Below, piece by piece: positions 30,825 through 32,000 of a stretch of DNA of 32,000 bases. The notes beneath the pieces are model-generated. The model did not search any database. It worked only from the letters and a program-made list of their open reading frames with translations, and was not told the origin of the DNA. The position numbers and the translations under genes are program-made. The DNA is from Candidatus Iainarchaeum sp. (GTDB lineage: Archaea > Iainarchaeota > Iainarchaeia > Iainarchaeales > 0-14-0-20-34-12): the NCBI GenBank assembly GCA_030649345.1, contig JAUSKK010000020.1, positions 2,010 to 34,009 on the forward strand, in the 5' to 3' direction. Within the stretch, counting starts at the first letter, position 1; every line of letters begins with the position of its first letter.

Positions 30825-32000
30825 ATGATTGGAAAACTGGCAGCAGTTTCTTTAGCTACTTTAGGAGCTTTGCTAATCTTATTATTTGGTTTATTGGCCA
30901 CAGTTTTCTTTTTTATTGGAGCCATTGACGGAACTACCTTAATTTTAATTACTCTTATTTTTGCAGGATTATCTTGGCTTTTGGGCCCAATTTTTCAAGA
31001 TTTTGTTTTAGGATTTTTTTACAAAATGCAATGGATTGGATTGGACAAACTTCGAGAAAAAGATCCAGCAATTGAAACATTTATTTTAGATTTATGCAAA
31101 AAATACAAAATCAAACAACCCAAAATTGGGTTTATTCAAGACGACAATCCAACAGCATTTACGTATGGATCAGATCACTGGAATGCTAGACTAATTTTCT
31201 CCAACGGAATTTTAAAATATTTAGATAAAGAAGAAGTCCAAGGAGTCTTGGCACACGAAATTGGACATATTGTGCACCGCGATTTTATTGTAATGACTAT
31301 TGCTTCAGTGATTGTAACTTTGATGTATGAAATTTACTGGATTTTCAGAAAAAGCGGACAGCAAAGAAGTGGAAGTAGAAAAGGAGGGGGTGCCACAATT
31401 ATTATTGCAGGAATTGCTTATGTGTTTTACATTATTGGAACCTATTTATTGTTGTATTTAAGCAGAACCAGAGAATATTTTGCAGATGAATTTTCTGGAG
31501 AAAACAGTTCACCCAATGCTTTGTCTACAGGTTTGATTAAAATTGCTTACGGAATTATTGCAGAAGCCGACACAGATAAGACAACACGATTGTTGAATAG
31601 TACAAGAGCCATGGGATTGTATGATCACAAAACAGCCATGAGTTACGGAATGACGTATATTGATTATAAAGAAAACAAAAACTCGGAAGTCATTGAAAAA
31701 AGCATGGTATTTGATATCAAAAATCCTTGGGCTTTTTTCTCAGAAATAAATTCAACCCACCCATTAACTGGAAAACGATTGTTAAAATTAGCCGAACAAG
31801 CTGAAACCAAAGGAGAAAAAAGATTTATTGATGCAGATAAAGTTAAAAATTTCCCGATTGACAAACAAAAAATGTACCAAGGATTTATTACTGGAGCAAT
31901 CATTGGCACAGGAATTGGAAAACTCATCGTATTCACTATTGCATTGATTATTGGAGTCACATTTTTTGGAACTGCTGGACTTGGATTTGCAATTATTATA
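30825..32000 (+). CDS. htpX: HtpX-like M48 zinc metalloprotease, 3'-truncated by the window edge
   Basis: Open frame from ATG 30825 to the end of the window; it is absent from the ORF track because there is no stop. It has N-terminal TM helices, LAHEIGHIVHRD (HEXXH), SRTREYFADEF and STHPLTGKRL. Confidence 0.8.
   Translation, partial: MIGKLAAVSLATLGALLILLFGLLATVFFFIGAIDGTTLILITLIFAGLSWLLGPIFQDFVLGFFYKMQWIGLDKLREKDPAIETFILDLCKKYKIKQPKIGFIQDDNPTAFTYGSDHWNARLIFSNGILKYLDKEEVQGVLAHEIGHIVHRDFIVMTIASVIVTLMYEIYWIFRKSGQQRSGSRKGGGATIIIAGIAYVFYIIGTYLLLYLSRTREYFADEFSGENSSPNALSTGLIKIAYGIIAEADTDKTTRLLNSTRAMGLYDHKTAMSYGMTYIDYKENKNSEVIEKSMVFDIKNPWAFFSEINSTHPLTGKRLLKLAEQAETKGEKRFIDADKVKNFPIDKQKMYQGFITGAIIGTGIGKLIVFTIALIIGVTFFGTAGLGFAIII

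Overview
The window is AT-rich (roughly one-third G+C by eye), gene-dense, and almost certainly archaeal, most likely from a small-genome DPANN-like lineage. Four things point that way. It encodes NucS/EndoMS, an archaeal-type PEP carboxylase (MSTQHPDN motif), a TrmB-family regulator and an archaeal SbcD-related phosphoesterase. It has a tRNA-Pro(CGG) with an 80-nt intron at the canonical 37/38 position and no encoded CCA. Most genes examined have an A/T-rich TATA-like box centred about 24-27 nt upstream of the start codon and no Shine-Dalgarno sequence, which suggests leaderless mRNAs. Stops are standard TAA, TAG and TGA.

Most content is housekeeping:
- cofactor and nucleotide metabolism: cutA, pdxS/pdxT, nadE, dcd, prs, pyrG
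- central carbon metabolism: eno, ppcA
- transport: aquaporin, CaCA exchanger, CorA-like protein, ABC-2 exporter, DMT/EamA permease
- DNA repair: nucS and an Lhr-type helicase paired with a metallophosphoesterase
- two Nudix hydrolases and an HtpX-like protease that runs off the 3' end

I found no CRISPR array, transposase, integrase or recognisable defence system.

The items most worth a second look are:
1. Three GC-rich structured islands in AT-rich intergenic DNA: about 390-603, 26301-26362 and 27708-27783. The last shares 14 nt exactly with the 3' end of the neighbouring tRNA-Pro.
2. A basic protein (8278-9270) that combines an N-terminal HTH, about seven NUMOD3-like repeats and a C-terminal segment closely resembling bacterial sigma-70 region 2.
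3. Three predicted lipoproteins: two tandem M64-like metalloproteases with a duplicated promoter and signal-peptide module, and a protein built from a strict C-x11-C-x13 repeat.
4. Three divergent gene pairs whose start codons lie 51-52 bp apart around a single central TATA element.

All functional calls come from reading motifs by eye. No database search was possible.
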